NCBI GenBank assembly: GCA_963804645.1
Contig: CAWDRG010000009.1
Coordinates: 192,001-256,000, forward strand
DNA length: 64,000 nucleotides
Source: an uncultured Bacillota bacterium
GTDB lineage: Bacteria > Sysuimicrobiota > Sysuimicrobiia > Sysuimicrobiales > Segetimicrobiaceae
Direction: 5' to 3'
Position numbers and translations under genes: made by a program. Shown here piece by piece: positions 20,101-30,857 of this stretch (position 1 is the stretch's first letter; each line of letters begins with the position of its first letter). The notes under the pieces are model-generated. The model was not told the DNA's origin. It searched no databases and saw only the letters and a list, made by a program, of their open reading frames with translations.

Positions 20101-20362
20101 GCGCGCCGGGATCCACTTCCAGACCGCCCGGCCATGGTTTCATCAGCGCGTGCGCGCGGTGCCGGCGCGGCAACGGTCGACCGGGACCCTCCTGATCGAT
20201 GGGCCGCTGGCGCCGAACGGAACCACGGCGGCGCTGTCCGCGCGTATCGCCTCTTGGGAGCCGCACGTGGATCTCGACCGCCACGTGACCGCCACCAAAA
20301 CGGCCCCGCCGCACCGGTCACGGCGGCGGCGCCGGACTCCGCCGGGCGGCATCCGACGCTGA
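20078..20362 (+). pseudogene. tnpA: Degenerate, internally deleted IS607 TnpA serine recombinase
   Basis: MMFTAWPRRAGIHFQTA..WF....AVPARQ..TGTLLID...ALSARIAS....DLDRHV matches the IS607 HTH plus YARVSS..DLDRQ pattern, with the catalytic motif decayed. Confidence 0.75.
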
Positions 20363-21092
20363 TGCAGCGCACCTTCGCGACCCGGCTCCCGCCGGATGCG
20401 GCGCGGGATTCCGTGCTGGCAGCGTACGCCGCGCTCTACGGGCGCGCGGAACGGACGCTCTTTGCCCGGTTGCGCGCCGGGAGGGCGCTCGCCGCGACCA
20501 AGCGCGAGTTTCTCGTGCGCTTCGGCCTCACGGCCCGCCAGTTCAACGCCCTCGCGGCGTCTCTGCGCGGCAACATCCAGTCGATTCAAGCACGGCGGCC
20601 GGGGCTCATCAACACGCTGGAGCGCCGGATCGACCGGGCGCGGCGCGTGCTGGCGACGGTGCCCCAGGGCACCCGCACGTATCACCAGAAACAGCGGCGT
20701 CTTGGGGCCCTCCAGCGGCGCCTCACCGTGCTGCAGACCGAGGCGGCCGTGGGGAGCGTGCGCCTCTGCTTTGGTTCCCGGACGTTGTTCCGCCGGCAGT
20801 TCGCGCTGGCGGCGAATGGCTACGCGTCACACGATGCCTGGCGCCGCGAGTGGCGCGCCGCCCGCGCCAGCCAGTTTTTCGTGCTCGGCTCGAAGGATGA
20901 GACGGCCGGCTGCCAGGGGTGCGTCGCTACGGTCGAGCCGGACGGCACGATCGTGCTCCGGCTGCGCCTGCCGAATGCGTGCGCCAGCCGCGGCAAGCAC
21001 CTGGTGCTCGCCGGGCTGCGCTTCCGGTACGGGCACCAGGCGGTCGTCGCCGCGCTCGGGCGCAACCTGTCCCCCGACACGCATCATTGGGA

Positions 21093-22551
21093 GGCTCTTC
21101 GGGAAGTTGTGTGGGTGAAATAGCGTAGACCAGTAGAAACCAACGCCTGCCGACCAGCTCAAAGCCAGACACCTACCCCCGCCGGCCGTCAAGAACATGG
21201 CCTTCGGCGCGCTGCGCGCTTCTTGACCGCCGTCGGGGGCGGGTGCACCCCTGCCACTATGGTCGGCAGGCGCAATCTGACCCGCGGGGCGGGAACGCTT
21301 CGTGAGGAGGCTGGTCTGGTGCGCGATGTCGAGTTATACGCTACGATCCTGGGGCTCACGCCACCGTGGAAGGTGGTCGGGGTGGAGGTGGATATCCCCG
21401 GCGAGCAAGTGACGGTGAAAGTCGAGGCGGGCCCGGGCCCGTTTCCGTGTCCGGAATGTCAGACGCCGTCGCCGGGCTATGATCGCCGTCCGCGGCGGTG
21501 GCGGCATCTGGACACGCTCCAGCTGCGCACGTGGATTGAAGCCGATGTCCCGCGGGTGCAGTGCGCTCAGCACGGGATCAAGCAGATCACCATCCCGTGG
21601 GCCGAGCCGGGCAGCCAGTTCACGCAGTTGTTTGAGCGGTTGGCGATCGACTTTCTGCGGGAATGCTCGGTCACCGGCGCGGCGGCCCTACTCCGGATCA
21701 CCTGGGATGAAGCGTGGGGGATTAAGAGCCGGGCGGTGAAGCGCGGGCTGGCGCGCCGGACAGCGGAACCGATCCCGTACGTCGGCGTGGACGAGAAGGC
21801 AATCACCAAAGGCCACCGGTACTTGACCGTGGTGGCGGACCTGCAACGCCACCGGGTGCTGTTCGTCAACGAGGATCGCAAAGCGGAAAGCCTCGACGCC
21901 TTCTGGCCCACCTGCACGCCGGCCCAGCGCGAGAGCATCGCCGCCGTCGCGATGGACATGTGGGAGCCTACATACACTCGGTCACCAGTCACGTGCCCGA
22001 CGGGGTGGACAAGATTGTGTTTGATAAGTTCCATGTCGTGAAGCATCTCCACACGGCCGTGGACAAGGTGCGGCGGACCGAACACCGGGAGTTGTCCCGC
22101 TCCTCCGATCGTCGGTTGACGGGGACGAAATACCTTTGGCTACGCCGGCCGAGCGAGCTCAAGCCCGAACAGCGGCGCACCTTCCGGCTCTTGCTCGGCG
22201 ATGACCTGAAAGTGGGACGCGCCTGGGCACTCAAGGAGCGCTTCCGACATTTCTGGGAGTACAGTTACCGCCGGTCCGCGGAGACGTTCTTCGCGCGCTG
22301 GTTCTGGCGCGCCACGCACAGCCGGCTCAAGCCTATGGCGCAGGTCGCGTGGCTGATCCGCAGGCACCTACCGAACGTGCTGACCTACCATCGCCACCGC
22401 ATCACGAATGCCGGGCTCGAGGCTGTCAACGCCACGATCCAGTGGGTCAGGAAGACCGCACGCGGCTTCCGGAACGTCGACAATTTCAAGACGGCCATCT
22501 ACTTTCACTGCGGAGGGCTGGACCTGTACCCACTCGAAAGCCGGTAGAGGC
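21093..22551 (+). mobile_element. ISL3-family insertion sequence
   Basis: Ends GGCTCT... / ...AGAGGC; 8-bp target duplication CATTGGGA at 21085-21092 and 22552-22559. Confidence 0.92.
21319..22547 (+). pseudogene. ISL3 transposase with a -1 frameshift near 21967
   Basis: CPEC..RWRHLD zinc finger, GVDEK, AMDMW, then FDKFHV, TNAGLEAVN, ARGFRN in the next frame. Confidence 0.88.
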
Positions 22552-23521
22552 CATTGGGAAGCCCTCTCCTGGCGGTTTGTACAGGACCGCAAGGGATGGC
22601 GCGTGCTCGCCACCGTGTCGGTGCCGGCCGGACCGAGGCGGAGCATGGAGCACCTCGGCGTGGTCGGCGTGGATCTCAACGCGGATCACCTCGCGGTGAC
22701 GGACGTGGACCGGTTCGGCAATCCGATCGCCGCCTTCCGCGTGCCGTGCCCGACGCGCGGCAAGCGCCATCACCAAGTGCGCGCGATCATTGGCGACGCG
22801 GTGGGCCAAGTCGTCACGTATGCCTGTCTCCAGCAGAAGCCCATCATCGTGGAACGCCTGCAGTTTGATGACAAGAAGGCGGCCCTGGAGCAGCGCGGCG
22901 CACGTTGCGCCCGGATGCTGTCGGGCTTCGCCTACGCGGCGCTCCACGCGATCATCGCAGCGCGCTGCGACGACGCGGGCATCGCCCTCCGGCGCGTCAA
23001 CCCCGCGTTCACGTCCGTGATCGGCGCGCACACCGTCGCCGCGCGCTACGGTCTCTCCCGGCACCACGCCGCCGCCTGCGCCATTGGGCGGCGGGGCATG
23101 CACCTCGCCGAGCGGCCTCCCCGCCGACTGGGCGACCACGTCACCGTCCCCCTACCCGTGCGGAATCGGGGGACGCATGTATGGTCGTTCTGGCGGCAGG
23201 TCGCGCGGCGGGACGCGGCGCTTCGAGCGCACGGACGGCCGGGCCCCCCCGGGGCCCGATCCTCGCTGGCACCGGCTCCGGGATCTCGACGGAGCGCGGC
23301 TCAGCGTGGGATCCATCGCACCAGCGGGTCGTCTGCTCCATCTGCCGGTGGAACTCCGGCACGCGAATCGCCAGCAGCACTGTTCGGCTGGCGTCTGGGG
23401 ACAGGTCCCATATGTCCGCAGAATAAGGAACGGTGGAGCGCCACTACCCGATGTTGTGATGTCCAGACATCGGGGCGCCCGTCGGGTGTCCACCCGGGTC
23501 GCGCGGGTATCCCGCGCGCCT

Positions 23522-23550
23522 TTGACTAGGGGCGGCGCAGGTCCTATAAT
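23522..23550 (+). promoter_or_regulatory. Sigma70 promoter of tRNA-Gly
   Basis: TTGACT, 17-bp spacer, TATAAT. Confidence 0.85.
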
Positions 23551-23580
23551 GTGCGGTAGTCGGTGATCGGGAGGACGCGA

Positions 23581-23657
23581 GCGGGAATAGCTCAGTCTGG
23601 TAGAGCATCTGCTTCCCAAGCAGAGGGTCGTGGGTTCGAATCCCATTTCCCGCTCCA
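23581..23657 (+). tRNA. tRNA-Gly(CCC)
   Basis: GCGGGAATAGCTCAGTCTGGTAGAGCATCTGCTTCCCAAGCAGAGGGTCGTGGGTTCGAATCCCATTTCCCGCTCCA. Confidence 0.97.
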
Positions 23658-24475
23658 ACATTGATCTAAAGCCGCGAGACTTTCAGGCCGCGCCCGGATC
23701 CTCACCATCATTCGCATTGCGGCATTTCGCTACCGCCTGCTGCCCGAAACATCGCAGCAGCATCGGCAGTTGGCCGGACGCGATGCGCTCGCTGTTCGGA
23801 TGGCATGCGTGGAGCCGCAACCTCGTCGATGCGCTACTGGACTACGGAATCAACCGTCACCTCACTTCCGCGTCCCAGCCCCGTGATTGGTGCCCAGGGC
23901 GTCGCGCCGGTCTCGAGTCGTCGCGTCGCGCCAATGAGCGGCGAACAAGTTTGCCCAGTCCAAGCGGGGTCCCTCGTCGACGACGGCGCCTCGAATGGCG
24001 GCCCTTGTGCTACGGCATGCGTGGCGGTGGTCGGCTGGAACCGCGCAAGCTTTCGTCATCGATCGGCTGGCATCGAGGAGAGATGCCACGCCGTCACGAC
24101 TCCATCTCGGTAAGGAGCATGCTACGCTGGCCGCCGGGCCTGCGTGATCCTACCGGTACGGCGAGCGAGCTGACGACCGTAGCGGACCCCGATCGCCACG
24201 CTCAACCGATCACGGTGTTGACCCTGGAGCGAACTGATTCGTTCGCGAAGACACATGCGCCAAGCGGCAGCCACTCATGCAGGGAATCTATACAAAAAGC
24301 CGTCGTTGACTAACCCACCATCTAATCCATCATCCGGATGAGGAACAGATGTTGGGTCTGTAAGGAGCTTCTTCGAGCTGCTACGGTGGGCTAGTCGTAG
24401 TCTTCGCTCCCTTCAGTCCAATCGTCTCTCGTCCACGATGGGCATGTCCCAATCAAAGAGGGGGCGCCTGCGACT

Positions 24476-25339
24476 ATGAACAGCATCTGGCCCTGGATGA
24501 GATATGCCGGCCTTGTGCTAGCGTTCACGCTCGTGCCGTCCGCCGCCAGCGCCGTCACTATGGCTCCCACGGCCACCGGATTTGGAGTGGATGACAGCAA
24601 TACCAGCACCCTCATGCCGTTTGGTGCTCAGTACATTACCTCGTCCAACTTTTTGAACAATGCGATAGCTAATTCGGCTTTCAACAACGCCAACTGGGTG
24701 TTCCAATTCGTCAACGGCACCACCACCCCATTCGTCCCGGCCAGCGACTTCACCGTCGCCCCCTATTCTGCATGGGTGGTGACCAACGATCCGGTCGCGG
24801 ATCCGGGCGGGACCATGCATAACAGGCCCGTCAGCGGTGCCGATGGCGGCGGCGCGGATTTCGCGTTGACGTATACGCCGCGGGCGAACAGCACGGATCC
24901 AGCAGCGGCGTCCATCGACTTTCTTCAGATCTACCAAGAGAGCCTCAATGGTCAAGCCGCGACCTTCCATGTGGACAACGGGCAGGCGGGAACGCCTTTT
25001 TACAACCCTGGGTTTGTGAGCAGCATCGGGGCGAATAGCAGCTGGATGTTCGATATCTCATACGATTGTGAGAATGGCCTGACCGGAGAAACGCAGAACA
25101 ATCAACCCACATGCGCGGGCGGAACGGACGAGTCGCTTCTCAGCTCCGCGCTCAACTTCCAAACGTTCATCGCGGTCGACACTGTGGTTGGCACCACGAA
25201 TACGGTGAATTTGTATGGCGGTGAGGCGTGGGGATATCTCTATAGCAACTTGGATCCTGTGCCGAAGCCTTCATCGCTCGTCCTCCTCGGCTCTGGGCTG
25301 ATGGGGTTATTCCTGTATGGGAGAAGAAGGTTCGCGTAA
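24476..25339 (+). CDS. PEP-CTERM-type sorted surface protein (VPKP variant)
   Basis: Signal peptide; Asn/Thr/Gly-rich body; C-terminus VPKPSSLVLLGSGLMGLFLYGRRRFA. Confidence 0.8.
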   Translation: MNSIWPWMRYAGLVLAFTLVPSAASAVTMAPTATGFGVDDSNTSTLMPFGAQYITSSNFLNNAIANSAFNNANWVFQFVNGTTTPFVPASDFTVAPYSAWVVTNDPVADPGGTMHNRPVSGADGGGADFALTYTPRANSTDPAAASIDFLQIYQESLNGQAATFHVDNGQAGTPFYNPGFVSSIGANSSWMFDISYDCENGLTGETQNNQPTCAGGTDESLLSSALNFQTFIAVDTVVGTTNTVNLYGGEAWGYLYSNLDPVPKPSSLVLLGSGLMGLFLYGRRRFA

Positions 25340-25622
25340 GACACCCAACAGCCTCTCCACATCACCGGTGCGCCGTCAACGTCTACTGGAACGCGGAATG
25401 CGAGCGCTGGGCTGGGGCACAGGGTGGGCGTTGCCCCAAACAACCGCCGTCGATCGTGCAGTGACAACGTGGGCAGTTGGGCGGTGATTGCATTCCCTGT
25501 CCCGCAGGAGCATCAAGACGGGTTGGCAAACGGAGGGGGCGCGCACTCCGGACCCACGCCCCCCTTTGCGGACCTCTCGCTAGTCCGCCCAAAAAAATCG
25601 TCACCGAACCGGGTGAATTCCT

Positions 25623-25997
25623 TCAACCTTGAATGACCCACCCCGTAGTCGAACTAGCGAATCGGCGCCGCCGTCGCGCGCCGTAGCCGATCATGCCGGC
25701 AAGGGCAGTGCCAAGAAGCATGAGGCTAGAAGGTTCAGGCACGACCATCAGCGAGATCCGGTCGCTCGTCACTGAACTGCCGGGAGACGGAAAGTCGCCG
25801 TCATTAAGTACGGCAACACTCAGATTCATCGGCGCCGTGGCCACAGGGAAATTCGTTGTGGCTGCGGTGGTTCGGGCGGACGTCAACGTCTCGACCGTCT
25901 CGCGGTCGGTTGCTGCGGCATCATGCCCGTCCGCGCTGCGCGGGACGGATGCCGGCTCATCAGTGAACGGCCGCCGGCGAGCCGCAGCCAAGCGCAC
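25623..25997 (-). pseudogene. C-terminal fragment of a PEP-CTERM protein
   Basis: VVPEPSSLMLLGTALAGMIGYGARRRRR; no signal peptide or credible start upstream. Confidence 0.65.
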
Positions 25998-26023
25998 CGC
26001 GTGCGGCGCCGCACGCGGTGCGC
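25992..26023. terminator. Perfect 32-bp palindrome, probable terminator of the FAD oxidase gene
   Basis: GCGCACCGCGTGCGGC|GCCGCACGCGGTGCGC, about 40 bp after the stop codon. Confidence 0.6.
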
Positions 26024-26060
26024 CCTTACTCCCCTCGGGTGAGAGATCGATCGCCCGCGA

Positions 26061-27446
26061 CTACGCCCTCGCCGGCTTGATGTTCTGGTTCACGCTGAAG
26101 ACGTTGTCTGGATCGTACTGCCGCTTAATCGAGGCCAACCGCGCGTAGTTGCCGCGGTAGGTCGCCTTCACGCGATCCTCGCCCTCGTCCATCATGAAGT
26201 TTACGTAGGCGCCGCCGGCCGAGTACGGGTGCAGGGCGTTCCAGTAATCCTTGGCCCACCGGGTGATGCGGTCCTTGTTCGCCGGATCGGGATCCACGCC
26301 GATCATCACCATCGCCCACTTCGCGTCGCGGTAGCCCCAGGCGGTGTCGCGCTCCCCGACCCGGCTGGCCGCACCATCGATCGGGTACAGGTGCATCGTG
26401 GACAGCATCGTGGGCATTGCCGGCCCGTACGATGCGTGCTGCGCGATCGCCGCGTTGCTGAGGTCCTTGACGAAGTCGGCACGCCAGTACCATTGGAGGC
26501 CGGGCGGATAGAGCGGGTCGAACAGGCTCTGGAGCGCGGGATGCGGCACCGGCCCCACGTGCTCGAGCGCGGGCTTTTTGAACCGGCGTACCGGTGCCAG
26601 GACCGCCGCCTCCAGCCGTTCGGCGGGCCCCGTGTAGCACCACAGGACCCCGCACATCTTCTTCAGATGGAGGTGCTCGGGGAACAGCGGCGCGGGCGGG
26701 ATTGTGAGAAATGCAAAGAAGCCCGCCACGTCGTCCGGCGCGGCGGGCAGGAACTCGCGGTACCACTGCAAGACCTCGCTCGCATCCTCGACGGGCCACA
26801 ACGTCGGGCCGGCGCACACCGTGCTGACCGGATGCAGCCGGAAAAGGAACGACGTCACGATCCCGAAGTTGCCGCCGCCGCCACGGATCGCCCAGAACAG
26901 GTCGGGGTGCGACTCCGGGCTCGCGGTGACGAACTGGCCGTCGGCCAGCACCATGTCGGCCTCGAGCAGGCTGTCAATGGAAAGCCCGTACTTTCGCGTG
27001 AGGTGCCCCAATCCGCCTCCAAGCGTCAGCCCCCCGACGCCGGTCGTCGACACTATTCCGCTCGGGACCGCCATCCCGAAGGCGTGCGTCGCGTGATCCA
27101 CGTCACCTAGTGTGGTGCCACCTCCGACCTGGACCGTCCGCTGCGCCGGGTCGACCCGCACGTACCGGATCGGCGACAGATCGATGACCAGCCCGTCGTC
27201 GCAAACGCCGAGCCCGGCCGCGTTGTGCCCCCCGCACCGCACCGCGATCGGCAGCCGCTGCTCGCGGCCGAACCGCAGAGCGGCCATCACGTCGCCCGTG
27301 TCCGTACAGCGCGCAATCAGCGCGGGATGCCGGTTGATCATCCCGTTGTGGACCTTTCGGGCCGCCTCGTAGTCGGCATCGTCCCGCCCCACGACCTGCC
27401 CCCGAAAACCGGTCTTCAATGCGGCCACCGCCGCCTGCTCTGGCAT
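26061..27446 (-). CDS. FAD-binding oxidoreductase (berberine-bridge-enzyme-like)
   Basis: RCGGHN, TGVGGLTLGGG, DLFWAIRGGGGNFG, YVNF, KRQYDPDNVF. Confidence 0.93.
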   Translation of the reverse strand: MPEQAAVAALKTGFRGQVVGRDDADYEAARKVHNGMINRHPALIARCTDTGDVMAALRFGREQRLPIAVRCGGHNAAGLGVCDDGLVIDLSPIRYVRVDPAQRTVQVGGGTTLGDVDHATHAFGMAVPSGIVSTTGVGGLTLGGGLGHLTRKYGLSIDSLLEADMVLADGQFVTASPESHPDLFWAIRGGGGNFGIVTSFLFRLHPVSTVCAGPTLWPVEDASEVLQWYREFLPAAPDDVAGFFAFLTIPPAPLFPEHLHLKKMCGVLWCYTGPAERLEAAVLAPVRRFKKPALEHVGPVPHPALQSLFDPLYPPGLQWYWRADFVKDLSNAAIAQHASYGPAMPTMLSTMHLYPIDGAASRVGERDTAWGYRDAKWAMVMIGVDPDPANKDRITRWAKDYWNALHPYSAGGAYVNFMMDEGEDRVKATYRGNYARLASIKRQYDPDNVFSVNQNIKPARA

Positions 27447-27614
27447 GACGCCCCTCCCTTCGGACGTGTCGGCATCAGTGCTCCTACCCACCCGGACGGC
27501 CCGTGGTACGCCTGCCTCCTTCCCCCCCACCGCGGAACGGGGGCGTCCGGTGGAGGCATCCTACGGGATGCGGCGTTCGGAAAGCGTTCGCCCGAGGAGG
27601 CGCCGCCGGCCTGG

Positions 27615-30600
27615 CTACGGACGGAGGCGCGCCCCGGCGTCGAGGAGATCGGGGGTGTCGAGCCCCTCGGTAAACCACCCGTGGATCGGCCCGAGCAGGG
27701 CCTGCGCGTCGTCCCGCCGGCCGTGCGCGATCCAGCGGTCGGCGAGGCTGATCGCGGCGCGGAGCTCGAGCGACTTGCTGCCCTGCGTGCGGGCGACGTC
27801 CAGCGCCTTGGACAGCTCCGGCTCCCCCATCCCGTTGCCCAGGATCCCCTTCAACCGGTGCAGCTCGGCGCTCCACCAGACATCGTGGTTGGCGGCGGCG
27901 GTGGCGAGCGCCGCGTCCAGCACGGCGTGCGCGACGTTGCGCCGTCCCGCACGCGCGTGAATCTCCGCCAGCAGCGACAGAAAGTACGGACGCCGCGACT
28001 CGGCCCCCATGGCCCGAAGGCGGTCGAGCGCCTGCTCGGCCTCCGCGACGGCGTCGCCGCTCGGATCGTCGGCGGAGCGCGCCCAGGCCCGGATGATGGC
28101 GCCCCACTCGCCGTAGTACGCGAACCCGTACCGCAGGCTGAGCATATGGGCCTCTTCCGCACACAGCCGGCACTCTGCCGAATCTCGCGCCAGCTGGAAG
28201 AGGATCGCCCCGTAGGCGCGCGCCAACACCTGGCTGTGGGGATGCGCGATGGCGTCCGCAACGCGCATGGCGCGACGCGCACGCTCCCGTGCCTGATCGA
28301 GATAGCCCTCAAGCCAGAGGCCGTGCGACGACCACGCCAGCAGAAACACCCGGAGGTCCGTTCCGTACAGCGTCGAGCGCGGACGCCCAAAATCCTGGAG
28401 CCGCATGGCCTCGTCGAAGCACGCGCGCGCACGCGCAAAGGCTCCGGCGCTCGCCAGGCCGCCGCCCAACACGTGCAGGCTCTCGACCAGAAACGCGCCG
28501 AGCCGTTTGGCCATTCGATGGAACTCTTCCGCGAGCGCCGTCTCCGTCCGGATGTTGCCTCGCACGAAATGCAGCCCGCACAGCCCCCACAGGATGCGCA
28601 GGACCGCTTCATCCTCACCGAGGCGCTCCGCCAGGGTCCGCGCACGCTCCAAGCTCTGCTCCATGTCCGGTGTCGCATACCCGGAAGTCGCATTGAGCGG
28701 GGCGGTGAGCGCGAGCTGTAGCGCGAGCTCCTGCCGGTCTCGCTGGAGGGTCTCCGGTGCCTGGTCCAGCAGCGCAAGCGCCTTGCGCAGATGCCGAATG
28801 GCCTCTTCGTTCGCGCAGACTCGTGTGGCCTGCCGGGCAGCCCGCTCGTACCATTCGATGGCGCGGTCGTGGACGCCGGCCTGGTCGTACTGCGCGGCGA
28901 CGTGCGCGCTCACGCCGTCGAGGTCGGACGCGTGCAGTCGTTCCAGCGCCTGCGCGATGCGTCGATGGAGGAGCCGCCGCGTCGGGGGGCTCAGCTCCGC
29001 GTAGGTCGCGTCGCGGAGTCGGTCGTGGCTGAAGTCGTAGGCATCATCCGCGCGTTCGCGCAGGATGCGGCGGCGCCACAATTCATCCAGCGCGCGAACG
29101 AGCTCCGGCTCCGCGAGAGTGCCAGCGTCGCGAACCAGGTCGAGACGGAAGTCCCGGCCAATCGCCGCGGCAATGCCGGAGACCTCCCGCGCCGCCGGCG
29201 ACAGCTGCGCCAACCGGGCGCCGATCACCGCCTGGACCTTCGCCGGGAGGACGGCCACCTCGGCGCCGGAGCCGCCGGGCGCGTGCAGCGGGAGACCCGA
29301 CCGGACCGTTTCGATCACGAAGAGCGGATGGCCCTGGGTGCGGTGGTACAGCGCTGCGAGTTCGTGCGGATCGAGACGCCGGTCCGCCACGTGCTGCGCG
29401 AGTTCGGCAGTGTCGGAATCGCTCAACGCCCCCAACTCGATGTCCTCGATCTGGCCGGATTGGCGCAGGGCCAGCAGCAGCGCAGCGAGCGCGCGGTTGT
29501 CGACCTGCTCCTCGGTGCGAACGGTGCCAACCACCAAAACGCGCGCTGTGGGGTGGGAGCGGAGCAGAAACCCGAGCCACTCAAGCGTGTCCTCGTCACA
29601 CCACTGAAGGTCGTCGAGCAGCAGGAGGATAGGGCTGGCGGCGAGCACTCCGCGCGCCACCGCATCAAACAAGCGGCGCCGCTGCCAGCCGTCCGCCGGG
29701 AGGGACGGGACGGCGACGCCGGGGTGCGCCTCCGCGAGTTCGGGCAGGAGCCGGACGAGGTCCTGAAGCCAGACGGCGTCCAGCCGCCGTACGGCGGCGT
29801 TGATTGCCGGCGACCGCAGCCACTCGACGATCGGACCAAATGCCAGCCGGCCCTCAGCAGCGTAGGACCGGGTACGCGCAATTGGCAGGTGCTGCGCCGC
29901 GCACCACGCCAGCAGTTCCTCCGCGAGTCGCGTCTTGCCGATTCCCGCCTCTCCGTGAACCACCGCGCACAGCGCGCGCCCTCCGGCCGCCCGGTGCCAT
30001 GCCGCAAGCAGGCGCTGCCACTCCGGGGCCCGGCCGACCAAGGTGGGCGCGGTCTCGAGGGGCGCCTGCGGCGGTGCGGCCGCCTCCAGATCCAGGAGGC
30101 GCCGATACGACTCCCGCGTCTCGGCGTCCGGCTCGACATCGAGGCCGCGCCGCAGCGCGGTGGCGCACGCATGGTAGGCCTGTACGGCCGATGCGCGGTC
30201 GCCGCTGAGCATCAGTAGCCGCATGAGACGGCGATAGGCACCTTCGCTCAAGGGGTCGAGCTGGAGGAGCTGTCGGACGCGCCCGATGGCCTCGCCGTAT
30301 ACGCGCCGCAGTTCGAGGAGGTCTGCAAGATCCTCCAGCGCCTTGAGGCACCGGTGCCGCAGACGGTCGCGCTCTGGCACGATCCACTCTTCGTAGCAGT
30401 CCGGCAGCAGATCGCCCCGGTACAGCCCCAGGGCCTCCTCGAGCGCGTCTCGCGCCGGCTGAAGACCATCGCCGTACGCCCGGGCCAGCGCCTCCTCGAA
30501 CTCGCGCACGTCCGCCTCGTACGGAGCATCCGCGCGCCACTCGAGGACCTTGTCATCGATCCGGAGGCACCGCTCGATGTCGGGTACGACGCGCCGCAGA

Positions 30601-30845
30601 TGATGGAGCTCCCGCCGCAGGTTCGTGAGCGCCTGCGCCTCCTCGGAGTCGGGCCAGAACAGGAACGCGAGCCGCTGACGGGGCTGGGGGTGCTGGCGAT
30701 GAAGAATCAAATAGGCAAGCAGCGACCGCTGGCGCCCCGACCGCACGCCCGTGAGTGGGCCACCGCCGTACGTGACACGAAATCCGCCCAACAACTCGAT
30801 ACGCAGGCCGGATTCGACCACGCTGATTCCCGCCCTTCGGGCCAA
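27615..30845 (-). CDS. SARP/BTAD plus AAA ATPase plus TPR transcriptional regulator
   Basis: N-terminal wHTH/BTAD (LYRGDLL, DPLSE), Walker A GEAGIGKT, LLDDLQW, FSHD, C-terminal TPR-like helices. Confidence 0.92.
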   Translation of the reverse strand: MARRAGISVVESGLRIELLGGFRVTYGGGPLTGVRSGRQRSLLAYLILHRQHPQPRQRLAFLFWPDSEEAQALTNLRRELHHLRRVVPDIERCLRIDDKVLEWRADAPYEADVREFEEALARAYGDGLQPARDALEEALGLYRGDLLPDCYEEWIVPERDRLRHRCLKALEDLADLLELRRVYGEAIGRVRQLLQLDPLSEGAYRRLMRLLMLSGDRASAVQAYHACATALRRGLDVEPDAETRESYRRLLDLEAAAPPQAPLETAPTLVGRAPEWQRLLAAWHRAAGGRALCAVVHGEAGIGKTRLAEELLAWCAAQHLPIARTRSYAAEGRLAFGPIVEWLRSPAINAAVRRLDAVWLQDLVRLLPELAEAHPGVAVPSLPADGWQRRRLFDAVARGVLAASPILLLLDDLQWCDEDTLEWLGFLLRSHPTARVLVVGTVRTEEQVDNRALAALLLALRQSGQIEDIELGALSDSDTAELAQHVADRRLDPHELAALYHRTQGHPLFVIETVRSGLPLHAPGGSGAEVAVLPAKVQAVIGARLAQLSPAAREVSGIAAAIGRDFRLDLVRDAGTLAEPELVRALDELWRRRILRERADDAYDFSHDRLRDATYAELSPPTRRLLHRRIAQALERLHASDLDGVSAHVAAQYDQAGVHDRAIEWYERAARQATRVCANEEAIRHLRKALALLDQAPETLQRDRQELALQLALTAPLNATSGYATPDMEQSLERARTLAERLGEDEAVLRILWGLCGLHFVRGNIRTETALAEEFHRMAKRLGAFLVESLHVLGGGLASAGAFARARACFDEAMRLQDFGRPRSTLYGTDLRVFLLAWSSHGLWLEGYLDQARERARRAMRVADAIAHPHSQVLARAYGAILFQLARDSAECRLCAEEAHMLSLRYGFAYYGEWGAIIRAWARSADDPSGDAVAEAEQALDRLRAMGAESRRPYFLSLLAEIHARAGRRNVAHAVLDAALATAAANHDVWWSAELHRLKGILGNGMGEPELSKALDVARTQGSKSLELRAAISLADRWIAHGRRDDAQALLGPIHGWFTEGLDTPDLLDAGARLRP

Positions 30846-30857
30846 CGCCCCTCCGCG

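Larger units (their letters stand above)
19908..23433 (+). mobile_element. IS607-family element (tnpA remnant plus tnpB) interrupted by an ISL3
   Basis: Degenerate tnpA coupled (TGATG) to tnpB; short GTTGA repeats at the left end; probable right end ...AGGAACGG; boundaries approximate. Confidence 0.75.
20362..23529 (+). pseudogene. tnpB: TnpB-like RuvC nuclease split by an ISL3 insertion
   Basis: 5' part 20362-21092 (CFGSRTLF, GSKDETAGCQ) and 3' part from 22552 (GVDLN, IVERLQF, VNPAFTSVIG, HHAAACAIGRR); HWEA is duplicated at the junction. Confidence 0.85.
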
